Part shown: piece after piece, positions 1-9,872 of the stretch | Layout: each line of letters opens with the position of its first letter | Numbering within the stretch: the first letter of the stretch is position 1 | IMG/VR virus record: IMGVR_UViG_3300034073_003340 | Span: 248,001-312,000 of that record | Length of the DNA stretch: 64,000 nt | Direction: 5' to 3' (one strand) | Position numbers and translations under genes: made by a program | Notes under the pieces: model-generated | What the model saw: the letters and a program-made list of their open reading frames with translations, nothing else | The model's database searches: none | What the model was told of the DNA's origin: nothing

Positions 1-787
1 TCCAAAGATCAATGGCTAGATTTTCTTCATTGCGAATCAAGTAAGGAAGATCACCTGTATCCAACTTGTCCCAAGACTTTAGATATTCACTTACCCTAGG
101 ATCCAAATGGTCATGATTACCCTCGCGAGCCAACTTGCTGGAAATATTACTGCGCGGCACACAAATGTGGTTAGAGGGCAGCGCCTTAGCGAACCCCTGG
201 TTGTCTGAGCCAAAAACGTATACGACTTTGATTCCATCCGATATGTGTTTTTGGATCGATTCAGTCAGCCTTGCTACCACATCAGTAAAATTGATTTCAG
301 CTGGCATATAGCGTGAGGCCCAAGGATCACAGGATAACCAGCTGCTATCCTGCGTGGCGAGTTCTACCATAGCACAACGGTGAACCGCAGGGATGGCCGC
401 GGTTCCGTTATACTTTTGGCCCACATAACTATCATGACCTGGTGAGAAGAACCCTGCGATTACCTGTGATTTGCCATCCTGTTCTATGAGCTCACGGGCT
501 GCTTCCATCATGGCAATATGACCGTTATGGATTGGTGCCATGCCACCAGTGGTCACTAGGACCACTCGTCTCTTTCCGCTACTGGTTTTGTAATTTTCGA
601 TCAGCTTGTGGAAAGAAGTGGTCAAAAACATTGGATCATAGGCTTTATGATCCTTGGCTAACTTTTCCAGGCCGTCATCAAAAAAGCCAGCATCATAGAG
701 AACTTGAGTGTTCTGATATTGGCTGTAGAGATAGTGATAACAAGGGTCACTTAGCGCCTTCCAAGCATATCGCTGGTCAGGGGTCAT
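1..787 (-). CDS. Nicotinamide/nicotinate mononucleotide adenylyltransferase (NMNAT/NadD-like), runs off the window start
   Basis: Not in the ORF track; manual translation from ATG 787 (GGAG RBS upstream) gives VVLVTTGGMAPIHNGHIAMME (GxxxPxHxGH), GFFSPGHDSY, VYVFGSD and ISS motifs; frame open to base 1. Confidence 0.85.
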   Translation of the reverse strand, partial: MTPDQRYAWKALSDPCYHYLYSQYQNTQVLYDAGFFDDGLEKLAKDHKAYDPMFLTTSFHKLIENYKTSSGKRRVVLVTTGGMAPIHNGHIAMMEAARELIEQDGKSQVIAGFFSPGHDSYVGQKYNGTAAIPAVHRCAMVELATQDSSWLSCDPWASRYMPAEINFTDVVARLTESIQKHISDGIKVVYVFGSDNQGFAKALPSNHICVPRSNISSKLAREGNHDHLDPRVSEYLKSWDKLDTGDLPYLIRNEENLAIDLW

Positions 788-961
788 CGCTCCTTTTTCT
801 TGAAGCGTATAACCATACTCAGCAGCTTCTGAGGGTAGAATGGCCGGATCGACCCCGAGAATCTCATATAGATTCTCAAGAGGTCGATACATTGTTATAC
901 CACAGGCGTAAGTATCTGTCATGTAGCCTATCTGCTACCAAACTGGTGACCTGTCAACCAC

Positions 962-1360
962 TCAGTAGCCAAAAAGACCAGCCCCACCCAGACAGTCGAT
1001 TTCTTCCTTGATCGGCTTTTGGCCCACGGCTTCAAGAACTTTGTTTTGGTTGTAGATGAGCATAGCTTTTTCGCTGAGTTCCTGGGCCTTGATATCCAGG
1101 TCGTGAGCTTCTTTAGCGGTCAGCTTTCGATCAGCCAAAGCCTTGGCGAGATCCATCTTCAAAGCGTTACAGTCGCCCCTTGAATAGCCACTGTCGATTA
1201 TTTCGCTGGCTTGGTCATATTCATAGCGGCCCACTTCCTGATCAGGGCGAACCAACCAGTCTGGCAACATATGCCAAACGCCAGCGACCCCAGCACCCAC
1301 ACAAATCAGCATAATCGAGATGCCAAAAATATCTCGACCACCCTGAGAAATTTTAGCCAT
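962..1360 (-). CDS. Hypothetical membrane-anchored protein
   Basis: N-terminal hydrophobic segment; overlaps the stop of the upstream ORF. Confidence 0.6.
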   Translation of the reverse strand: MAKISQGGRDIFGISIMLICVGAGVAGVWHMLPDWLVRPDQEVGRYEYDQASEIIDSGYSRGDCNALKMDLAKALADRKLTAKEAHDLDIKAQELSEKAMLIYNQNKVLEAVGQKPIKEEIDCLGGAGLFGY

Positions 1361-1754
1361 TGATTATATCCCATTCACTTGCGATGTATGCGTAGTAGGA
1401 ATTTTCCTCGATACGCATGAAGTTGCTGGTCACGCTGGTCGAGCGTTCCACATAGGCGTTGCCCCGGATAGCCTGGCGCATGATGCTCTCACAGATGAAC
1501 TTGACCACTGCCTCTTCATCCTGAGGCTGGGCCGGGCTCAGCATAACCGCGTCGCGAGCAGATTCCCAAACGGAAATCGATACCAGGTAATGATTGGCGA
1601 CCTGTGCGCGGGCTGCGGTGCGCATTGCGCTCTCTGCCCACGAAAACGCATGAACGGCGTTGGTTTCCAGATCGTTCTTGAACTTCGCCAGTTCGACATC
1701 ATTGGCAGTAACCGCATTGGTGAAGAACCGCTTGATTTCTGCGAGGGTAATCAT
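1353..1754 (-). CDS. Hypothetical protein
   Basis: Start reassigned to ATG 1754 after AGGAGA RBS and early promoter. Confidence 0.65.
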   Translation of the reverse strand: MITLAEIKRFFTNAVTANDVELAKFKNDLETNAVHAFSWAESAMRTAARAQVANHYLVSISVWESARDAVMLSPAQPQDEEAVVKFICESIMRQAIRGNAYVERSTSVTSNFMRIEENSYYAYIASEWDIING

Positions 1755-1854
1755 TTCCGATCTCCTTTGTGACTTGCTATTCACCAGTTCTAACAGAAAC
1801 AGGGTAGATGTCAACCATATTCATGGAAAGAGCGGGGAAAACCCCCGCTCTTTT

Positions 1855-2253
1855 TTAGCCGATGGCAATCTGCCTTGGCTTTGCTTCTTCGGGCATTTCC
1901 CGAATTAGGTCAATTAGGAGCAAACCGTGCTCAAGCTTTGCTTCTTTGACATGGACATAATCACCTAGTTTCCATTCTCTAGCAAAGTCCCTGAACGCGA
2001 TTCCTCGATGGATGACCTCAACTGAATCTTCAACAGGTTCCTTTTTACCCTTGACGAGAAGGTAACCATTATTCTCAACAATTGAAATATCATCCTGGGA
2101 ATAACCAGCAACCGCAATAGTCACGCGGAAGTGATCCTCGGAGATTTTCTCAATGTTGTAATGGGGAAAGGTTGGTTGAGTATGGTCGAAGAAACGGTCC
2201 AGGCTGTCTAGACCAATGCCATAACGAAACAGACGATTAACTGTAGAATCCAT
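1855..2253 (-). CDS. ibpA: Small heat shock protein Hsp20/IbpA family
   Basis: FPHYNIEK, IAVAGYS, IHRGIAFRDFAREWKL, AKLEHGLLLIDL, PEEAKPRQIAI. Confidence 0.95.
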   Translation of the reverse strand: MDSTVNRLFRYGIGLDSLDRFFDHTQPTFPHYNIEKISEDHFRVTIAVAGYSQDDISIVENNGYLLVKGKKEPVEDSVEVIHRGIAFRDFAREWKLGDYVHVKEAKLEHGLLLIDLIREMPEEAKPRQIAIG

Positions 2254-2308
2254 AAATCCTCCTTAAAAAGCGAGAAACGTGATCGGCCCAAAGGCACCGA
2301 TCACGTTT
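2251..2308 (-). promoter_or_regulatory. ROSE-like RNA thermometer in the Hsp20 5' UTR
   Basis: Stable hairpin followed by UUCUC-G-CUU-UUU-AAGGAGGA: UCGCU motif pairing with the SD, with a bulged G. Confidence 0.75.
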
Positions 2309-3075
2309 TATTTATTTTGGAGGAATCTGGAAATCAATATTTTAGATGAGGACAATTACTCGTTCATGTGGTCGATTGCCACGTAGTTGGGATTGCTCAG
2401 CATGGCCACACACTGGTAGGACTTGTTACCATCAGCGCGACATTCCTGGTAGAGCATGTAGTTCCAGATCGCACCGGCGACCATGAGAAGCGGAACGAGA
2501 ATGAACATTCCGCCGACGACGATTCTGGGGAAGCGAGACATTTTGGAATCCTTTCTTACTTTATTCGCTTATGATCAAACCACCGCTCTGCGTGAGGGTT
2601 GCTTCCCCAACCAGGGTGGTACGGGCATATTCGATCTCCTGATATTGCCTACGACTCTGGTATAGCGTATTCTACACTAGAGTCAACCACACTCAATCCT
2701 CTTTGGGAAGAAAGCTCACAAACTCACGAGCAGCCCAGATCTCACCCTGTTCCTCACCACGTGAGTAGGCGTCGTCGATATTGCCTCCGCAATATTCGTG
2801 GACCTCGAAATCCGGGTCATCTCCGTCGGCTTCCTGTGCTGCTAGCTTCTTCATGCGAGCAACGTATTCATCTGGGATTTCAATCAACATGATGATTTCA
2901 CTCCTTATGCGTCAATCCAAACTATCCATCCTGGATCGTGACTGATTCGGCATCGCCGGATTGACAACTGTCATTCCAGTTTATGGTAACCGCCTCATCC
3001 AGCTTGTCCTCCGGGATACCGTTGAGGGTATCCCGGAGTTGGCGCACGGTGAGCATTTGCCGGCTGTTTTCCATA

Positions 3076-3405
3076 TCAGTGGCGGGTGTTCAGCTGGCCG
3101 CGCGACATTGCGCTGAAATACTGGCTGGGCATATCGGCCGCGAGACGCGGTGCCAGTATTGCCTGGTAGTTATTGCCCATGACCTCATAGCCCTTGTTGA
3201 GCTTGGCGCGGAGCAGGTCGCGGGGCATGCCGTTGATTTCGGTCTTGAACTTCAGCTTGCCATTGCGGCGACCCCAAAAGCGGACCATCGTGGTGCCGAT
3301 CTTGGCTAGACCCCACACCTTGTCGTTCTGTGCCGCACCGCCGCGGAGACCGCGGTCACCTTCATTGTGGAAGTGGGCCGCCACGAGAATTTCAACCTGT
3401 GCCAT
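3076..3405 (-). CDS. WGR domain protein
   Basis: DKVWG...RFWGRRNG...KLNKGY; AGGAGA RBS and early promoter. Confidence 0.75.
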   Translation of the reverse strand: MAQVEILVAAHFHNEGDRGLRGGAAQNDKVWGLAKIGTTMVRFWGRRNGKLKFKTEINGMPRDLLRAKLNKGYEVMGNNYQAILAPRLAADMPSQYFSAMSRGQLNTRH

Positions 3406-3439
3406 ATTCGATCTCCTGTTTGTGTTTCCGATAAACAAG

Positions 3440-3474
3440 TTCTAGCAGAAACTGGTGAAGTGTCAACCAGTTTC
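3440..3474 (-). promoter_or_regulatory. Type copy of the repeated early promoter (CTGG)TTGAC-N17-TAnnnn
   Basis: CTGGTTGACACTTCACCAGTTTCTGCTAGAAC; related copies near 1790, 3880, 4300, 5190, 7035, 7920, 11150, 11880, 13835, 14340, 18315, 28070, 28670, 35620, 43285, 43930, 48195, 50700, 55250. Confidence 0.85.
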
Positions 3475-3527
3475 TCACCGGGATATTAAAAAGGAATGGT
3501 TTTCGAGGTTGCCCTTACTACTGGTGC

Positions 3528-3842
3528 TTAAGAGCACCAGTAGCTTTCGCTGGCCACGCTACAGGCGTAGGGGGTGTCGATGGGCTCTTCGACCAGCTTG
3601 CCGGTCATCATGTTGACCACCAGCTTGTGACCATCGCGCGGGGTGGGGATCTTCAGCGCCGACTTGATAAACTGGTGAGCAGCCTTTGCCGTGCGGAAAG
3701 TGTTGACGAAATCGCGAGGGGCCTTGGGAACATAATAGCCGTCAGCGAGGGCGATCGAAACCTGCTCGTTGTCCGAGGTGAGGTTGAGCCACTTTACCCG
3801 CTTGTCCAGAGCCAGCTTTGCGAGGACCTTACCGTTCTTCAT
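3528..3842 (-). CDS. Hypothetical protein
   Basis: Early promoter and AGGAGA RBS; GC3-rich codons. Confidence 0.7.
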   Translation of the reverse strand: MKNGKVLAKLALDKRVKWLNLTSDNEQVSIALADGYYVPKAPRDFVNTFRTAKAAHQFIKSALKIPTPRDGHKLVVNMMTGKLVEEPIDTPYACSVASESYWCS

Positions 3843-3931
3843 GTTCGATCTCCTGTTTGCGTTTCCTATGTCACAGTTCTACACTCTGGTGAACAGGAGT
3901 CAACCAGAATCTCACCAGTTTTCAAATTAGA

Positions 3932-4267
3932 TTAGGGCAAGAGACTCCCGAGATCAAAATTGGGATCATCAATCAGGCCGTCCGCACACGTCGGTGATTC
4001 CAGATAGAAGTCGGCATCGAAATCACCAGTGTCATCCAACTGGAATAGTTTGAAACCATGGGCTTCGGAAACCAATAGCGGATCATCTTCCTTGCGCTGG
4101 GTATCCAGGCAGTTGATATCATAGTCCTTGGCCTCAACACTTTTTTCCCAGCGGAGATAAGCTGCGACGCTGGTAAAGGTCTTGGTCCGGTCAATCATGC
4201 GACCAGGGGTGGTATAATGAGCGGTGATCTCGGTGATTGTTTCCGGATTGTCGAACTGCGTTGCCAT
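3932..4267 (-). CDS. Hypothetical protein
   Basis: Early promoter and AGGAGA RBS before ATG 4267. Confidence 0.65.
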   Translation of the reverse strand: MATQFDNPETITEITAHYTTPGRMIDRTKTFTSVAAYLRWEKSVEAKDYDINCLDTQRKEDDPLLVSEAHGFKLFQLDDTGDFDADFYLESPTCADGLIDDPNFDLGSLLP

Positions 4268-4320
4268 TGTCGATCTCCTTTGTCTGCCTATAACCCACAG
4301 TAGCAGAACTGGTGAGAACG

Positions 4321-4740
4321 TCAACCAGTTTTTGTCAAAAGATTGAAAATTTCATCCCAATCAGTCTCTGGATCAAAACCGGCCTTGTCATCGAGCAGAA
4401 TGCTAAAGTAGAACTTTCGCTCAAAGTTACCCGAAGGCGTGTTGGCAATCTCAGGGTTCTCGTTGAAGTAGTCAACCTTGATCCCATGTTGAGCGAGAAA
4501 GCTGATGATCGCCGGATATTCCTCTGGGTGGCACGATGACCAGATGATCAAACGATAGTCAGGAACACCTGAGATAAGCTTGAGGGTCTCAACGGCTTTT
4601 GGAGTGGTAAAGGCATATGCGCCTTGTTCATAGTTGGATCGGAACACCACTCCATGAAGGTCAACCGCCCAATAGATAAGCGGTTCATTCCGCTCAATCG
4701 AAACTTTCAAGGCTCGATTGATTGCTTTGATGATGCTCAT
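4321..4740 (-). CDS. HAD-superfamily phosphatase-like protein
   Basis: WAVDLHGVV (motif I variant), LIIWSS, FNENP, ILLDDKAGF (motif IV). Confidence 0.7.
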   Translation of the reverse strand: MSIIKAINRALKVSIERNEPLIYWAVDLHGVVFRSNYEQGAYAFTTPKAVETLKLISGVPDYRLIIWSSCHPEEYPAIISFLAQHGIKVDYFNENPEIANTPSGNFERKFYFSILLDDKAGFDPETDWDEIFNLLTKTG

Positions 4741-4789
4741 GAGATCCTCTTGAATGGTAGCAGGGGGCCTGGCCCCCTGCCGTTAGCAA

Positions 4790-5152
4790 TCACTTGCGGA
4801 AGAGAGCATCCAGCCGGTCACTGGCTTCGATGAGATCCAGGATACCCTTCTTGGTCATGTAGCCCACCGTCCGCGACTGCCAGGCATCACCATAGGGCAG
4901 ATGGACGAGGAAAAACTTGACCTTGGCGTTGCTGCCGCGCGGGGCTTCTGCCACCATGTATTGCGCATAACCATCGGCAACACCCTCGCGATAGATGCGT
5001 CCCGTATTCTTGCCAGTATATCCGAGATCGGTGAGATACTTCTTGACCGCTTCCTGGTGGGCTTCTTCGGCGGCAATCGCCTTGGCATGGTCGTAGTTCA
5101 TGTAATCGACCTCAGGTGCCGGGACTTCTGCGGGCAGGGAATAGACCTTCAT
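4790..5152 (-). CDS. Hypothetical protein
   Basis: Early promoter, AGGAGA RBS, downstream GC hairpin. Confidence 0.7.
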   Translation of the reverse strand: MKVYSLPAEVPAPEVDYMNYDHAKAIAAEEAHQEAVKKYLTDLGYTGKNTGRIYREGVADGYAQYMVAEAPRGSNAKVKFFLVHLPYGDAWQSRTVGYMTKKGILDLIEASDRLDALFRK

Positions 5153-5602
5153 CTGTTATCTCCTATGTGTGTCTGCGATAAACCAATCTTAGCAGAATAG
5201 GAGAATTAGTCAACCAGATTTCACCAGGCAATTTCACCTGATTTCTTGGCCCGTTCATATTCGGCCCAGGGATCCTCAAACAAAGCGGCGGGACAGATGT
5301 GATCGTCACCATACTTACATTCATACCGCTCAGTTGGTATTTCATCCCCTATTACGTCATCATAGCTCAACCCATAGCAATGTCTCATGTGAGTCCAATA
5401 AAAGGGATCACTGGGCTTTAGACGTTGATCTCTCGTAACTTCTGCCTGTGCGACTCTGAGTTTGTTGGCAACATCATGTTTGATATCATTTAACTGTGAA
5501 ATGATATCAGTGAGGGCGTCGTGTCGATCAGCAAGTCCCTGGATGCTGTCTTCAATTTTGACGGCGCCAAGGGCTCGCAGGACCTTATGGAAGGTTGCTC
5601 GA

Positions 5603-6184
5603 TCAGTCAAGCCAGAATCCTAGCGCAGGAGCAGCCTTGGCATAGGCAGCTTGGAAGGTTTCTACCTCCATGATGGGATGGCGGAGGATCACCGTGTCCA
5701 CACATACTGGCTCACTCTCGAAGCCAACCAGACCGCCTATGAACGTGTTGACACCCTGTCCGTTCACAACCCACTTGCGCTGGGTAACGACCACGTAGTT
5801 ACCACGCTTGCGGACGATGTAGTAGGATTGGTCAGCGGAACGATCCCGCTCCACCCAATAGTATTCGCCTCGGCTCGCGAAGTCGCTGAGCAGCTTGCCG
5901 GAGTTGTTTCCCGCGACGTTGTCCATGAGGTATCGAAAAGCCGACTTGGGATCGCGCACTTTATCGAGGCGATTCCAGTAGCTAGTCTTTTGCTTATAGG
6001 ACTTCCTGTAGCCGCCACTGCTCATACCACTTGCGCGCAAGGACCGCTGCCATTTGCGTTCCTGGTGCTTGGCATATTGCTTGGGTGACATCTGCCAAAG
6101 CCGAGTGTTCTTTTTAGCCACGCGAAATCTCCTTGGGCTGAGTGAGGGAAAGGCTGTTGCGAACGAACTGCCGAAACTCGGCAT
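5603..6184 (-). CDS. Hypothetical basic protein
   Basis: Tiles with neighbouring minus-strand ORFs; start uncertain. Confidence 0.5.
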   Translation of the reverse strand: MPSFGSSFATAFPSLSPRRFRVAKKNTRLWQMSPKQYAKHQERKWQRSLRASGMSSGGYRKSYKQKTSYWNRLDKVRDPKSAFRYLMDNVAGNNSGKLLSDFASRGEYYWVERDRSADQSYYIVRKRGNYVVVTQRKWVVNGQGVNTFIGGLVGFESEPVCVDTVILRHPIMEVETFQAAYAKAAPALGFWLD

Positions 6185-6459
6185 CGCTCAGCTTGTCGTT
6201 GTCCACGTTGGCCCTCAGGGTGGCGCAGAGGCTTACGGCCATTTCGTCGGGGCTGGGCTTCACTGTGGTCGAACTCCAATATAGGCGTAATCGTCCGCGA
6301 TCATAACTGAATAGTCCGCGGTCGTCACGCCGTTGATGGTGAAGTGGACGTCAATGACACCATGGCGCGTGACTTCGTGAGCCTCGTATCCCTGGCTTGT
6401 CATGTTTCCGATGAATTGACGAGCCTCCGCAATTGGGGTGCGGATCTGAATCATCAGCT

Positions 6460-7002
6460 TCAACGCAGGCGCTCCTCGCAGAACGCCTTGTAGCGGCGCT
6501 CGAATTCATCCATGTCATCACGATGGATGCGGATACTATGATAGTCTCCGCTGTTGAGCGGGCGCGTTCCACCGTTGTGGCCTTTGCCGTTGTTGAACCG
6601 CAGTCCCTCACCCAGCGCGGGATAACCTTCGATCCGCCCCTCAATATAGCGCGAGCCATACTGACACTGCTGGCCGAGACGCGATCGGCAGAAATCACCA
6701 AAGAGGCTGTATCCACCGTCATTGAATTCAGGATGGATGATATCGCAATAGACTGCGGAGCCCAAAGCGCTCTCGTCGCACTTTTCGTCTTCGACGTTAG
6801 CAACCGGCGTGACAATGCCGGCTTCAACAAACATGGGAAGAAATTCCATCAGCAACCAACAGCGGTTGGGTTCTGCCTCGAGATGACGAGCACAGCAATA
6901 AGCGTCGACCTCCCAGTTGGATTCGAGGGAAAACATATTGCCGAATTCATTGAAGCAGACATCGACTTCCTGACAGTTATCGAGGGTATTCAGGATCTTC
7001 AT
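6460..7002 (-). CDS. Hypothetical protein
   Basis: Early promoter and AGGAGA RBS. Confidence 0.65.
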   Translation of the reverse strand: MKILNTLDNCQEVDVCFNEFGNMFSLESNWEVDAYCCARHLEAEPNRCWLLMEFLPMFVEAGIVTPVANVEDEKCDESALGSAVYCDIIHPEFNDGGYSLFGDFCRSRLGQQCQYGSRYIEGRIEGYPALGEGLRFNNGKGHNGGTRPLNSGDYHSIRIHRDDMDEFERRYKAFCEERLR

Positions 7003-7065
7003 GCTTCAATCTCCTTGCTGGCTATACAACCGTTCTAACAAATTCTGGTTAGGTGTCAACCAGAA

Positions 7066-7891
7066 TCAGTCAAACATGGATCCATCATAGGGCCGTCGCT
7101 TTGCGACCACTCTACCGTCGCGGATCAGCAGGAAGACCGGATGAATGGTCTCATTACTCATCCCCTTTGGCTCTTCGCCATAGAACGTCACGAAGTCCCC
7201 GTCCCGCGTTTCGCGGAACATACCCAGTCCCGCGCTGCCATCCATCTTGAGATAGCACTCGCTGAGCTTGTAAGGTAGCGAGTTGCCGACCTCGTCGATA
7301 AGGCACTTAGCGTTGTCGGTCTCGAACTCTCGACCCATAACTGTGAACTTCACGAAGCGATCTCCTGTTTGCGTTCGTATAGCCAGCCCATGATGAGCTC
7401 AATGTCGCGCTCCATGAAGCCTTCCATACCCAGGCTGCTCTTGAGATAGTCGAGAAAACGAACTTCGTCGTCGAAAATATCCGGGGCCTGCTTGAGCATC
7501 AGAATAATGCTATTGGCCTTCCAAGCCTTGAGAAAGCCAAAGCTAAAGGAGTTGGCATATTCCTGAAATTCCTTTGACAACTGGTTCATGCTACGATCTC
7601 CGGGGTTGGGCAAGGGTTAATCCAAATCCCCTTCGCCAGGTGAGTGACTCGATCCATGTCTCCCTGTAGATAACAGGCAATCAATCGGATCATTGCGTGA
7701 TAGTTGGAATGAGAATAGGCCGTGCGATTGAATTCGCTCCAGGCCTGACTACGGTCGCGAACGATTTGAACATTCCAGCGACCATCAGCGCCTTTGCTGA
7801 ATGTGCCGACCTGCTCGCCGTTGCGTTGAATCTCATAATGACGATAGGCGGGGATCGGAGAATCTTTGGTAACCTTGAGCTGGATTTTCAT
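7066..7891 (-). other. Operon of three overlapping short hypothetical CDS (7586-7891, ~7350-7589, 7066-7353)
   Basis: ATGA/GTGA overlaps after the early promoter at ~7920-7950. Confidence 0.6.
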
Positions 7892-7943
7892 TTCCGATCT
7901 CCTTATTGCCTATTCTCTGGGTATAACACCAGAGTTGACAAAG

Positions 7944-8357
7944 TCAACCAGAAATATCTTTCTTGTTGTGGGCCTTTAGCCAGTTTTGTCGCTGCCGGAA
8001 ATCCATGGACCCAAGGCGATGTTCAGGCACATCTACGAATTTCCGCCGATCCAAACTCTTGAGAATAATGTATTTGTTACCATCCCACCGCCCAAGCGAC
8101 CATTTACTGTTATTAGAAACTTTACAGTCTGTTGGGCAATGAATTTTACCTTGGCTACGAAAATTCCAATGGTCGCTTATTCTCAAGCAACCAAGCGGAG
8201 TATGATTCCAATCTTTTTCACCTGGAGCGACACTGTAATAGGAATGTCCATATGGAGATTTGCTCCCAACCTCCCAAGACATGATTTCCAGAATCAACTC
8301 CTCTGGCATATGCCAAGGAATATTATTTTCGTGAATAATTTGCTTGGGGTTGATCAA
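7944..8357 (-). CDS. Hypothetical phage protein (LRISDHW motif)
   Basis: TTG start after AGGAGA; early-type promoter. Confidence 0.6.
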   Translation of the reverse strand: MINPKQIIHENNIPWHMPEELILEIMSWEVGSKSPYGHSYYSVAPGEKDWNHTPLGCLRISDHWNFRSQGKIHCPTDCKVSNNSKWSLGRWDGNKYIILKSLDRRKFVDVPEHRLGSMDFRQRQNWLKAHNKKDISG

Positions 8358-8413
8358 AGTGTTCTCCTGTTATTGAAATTTCTAACAAAAATTGGCTAGA
8401 AATCAACCAGAAA

Positions 8414-8779
8414 TCACTCTTCCGCGGCATCACCCCAATAGGTGTCTTCTATGGAAGATTTGGAATCCTTACAGTAGAGCCGTCGCTTCTTGAGGTAGGC
8501 ATGCTCCCACGTCTCGAGGTCCATATTGACTTCCTCAAAGTCACCAAAGGAGTCTTTTATAGTCGTGCTCTTGAGAAAGATGTGCCAAGGCTCTTCACGA
8601 ACCTCAACTACCTTCCAGTCCACATTGGGACCACCCAGGCTTGCTTCGCGCCAGATCTGACCAACCGCAGGCTCAACTTCCTCGGCACGATGCCATTCCC
8701 AGAGGCGGACAGGCACCCGCCAGAACTGCCACACGATACCAACCGCTGTGGCAACAGTTCCGACCGTCATCAATGGCAT
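8414..8779 (-). CDS. Hypothetical membrane-anchored protein
   Basis: TAATG coupling to upstream 8779-8979 ORF. Confidence 0.55.
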   Translation of the reverse strand: MPLMTVGTVATAVGIVWQFWRVPVRLWEWHRAEEVEPAVGQIWREASLGGPNVDWKVVEVREEPWHIFLKSTTIKDSFGDFEEVNMDLETWEHAYLKKRRLYCKDSKSSIEDTYWGDAAEE

Positions 8780-8965
8780 TAGTCAAGCATATCCAAAAAT
8801 TCACCACAGGTCCAAATGCCCAGGGCGACAAGAAAACCAACGAGCGCAGGAAGCCAATACCAAAAAGTGGCAGTTGATATCGTTACACTGCTCAAGCCGA
8901 TCACCAATAGGCTCACAGTCAAGCCCAAAGCAATACAGATCAAACCTGAGATGAATTCACCCATA

Positions 8966-9721
8966 TCAAACTCTTTCAAACATAATATCGGTTCTGATGA
9001 TCAGCTTGCCAGGCTGACGGGGACCGATTGGTTCCCCATCATGTAACAACCGATGATCAAAAATCAAGGCAGAACCGGCCTTGGGATAATTGGCGAGAAT
9101 AACTTCGTCATCGTTACCTGAACGGTCCCAGTCACTGAAGTCCATTTCATCCATACGCTTACCAACTTGTGGATCCCTTAGAAATCGAGTTGCTCCTCCC
9201 TGTGGGTTGTTGGTAATATAGATGACCATGCTCATAAGAGACCGTTGTTTGTCATCCTTGATATAAGCGGCATCATAATGACCAACTAGCTGGCCACCGT
9301 GATCATATCGAATAAACCTCATCAAAGGGTTGACACCGATTGGCTTCCAAAGAGGATGGTTGTCGTGGTCAGTTGGGGTGAAGGGATTACATTCCCTTAT
9401 CGTATCCATTGAGGGCTGTAGACACCGCCACAGGGCATCTGCGAACCCTTCGTTATAGTTGCTCAATCGATAGTTGCCAACTTGGTCAAACGCCTTATCC
9501 GCAATACCGTCGAGACCAACTGCCTTCCAAGCCATATTTTTCAGGTTGCGGTAGAATACTTCCCTGATATGCCAGGGGATCAAGTTGTTGACCTTTCCAA
9601 CGAAATGACCTTGATCGTTAAGATGCTCAACAGAAAAGTCTGAAATGGGCATATCCCAATCACCAGCTAGGATCGCGTTATCGGCCTCGCTGAATTCAAA
9701 GGCGTTGACGAAGCCGTTCAC
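8966..9721 (-). CDS. 2OG-Fe(II) oxygenase (prolyl-4-hydroxylase-like)
   Basis: MRFIRY, GHYDA (HxD), GGATRF, LIFDHRLLHDG, IRTD. Confidence 0.85.
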   Translation of the reverse strand: MNGFVNAFEFSEADNAILAGDWDMPISDFSVEHLNDQGHFVGKVNNLIPWHIREVFYRNLKNMAWKAVGLDGIADKAFDQVGNYRLSNYNEGFADALWRCLQPSMDTIRECNPFTPTDHDNHPLWKPIGVNPLMRFIRYDHGGQLVGHYDAAYIKDDKQRSLMSMVIYITNNPQGGATRFLRDPQVGKRMDEMDFSDWDRSGNDDEVILANYPKAGSALIFDHRLLHDGEPIGPRQPGKLIIRTDIMFERV

Positions 9722-9872
9722 TCGCTCAACCCCCCAATGGGACTAACCGATCCACAAAGGCGCAGCCACGCCCGATGACTCCGGACTTCCTCTTCTTGCT
9801 TGGCTTTGAGCCGCTCGGACTTATAGAGCTTGATTTCTTCAGTCCGCTTTTTAATGCCGTCTGCGTAGCTGC

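Noticed and set aside
2899-3074. Small ORF with a possible read-through TAG
   Set aside because: The extension would be only about 8 codons; no evidence beyond chance
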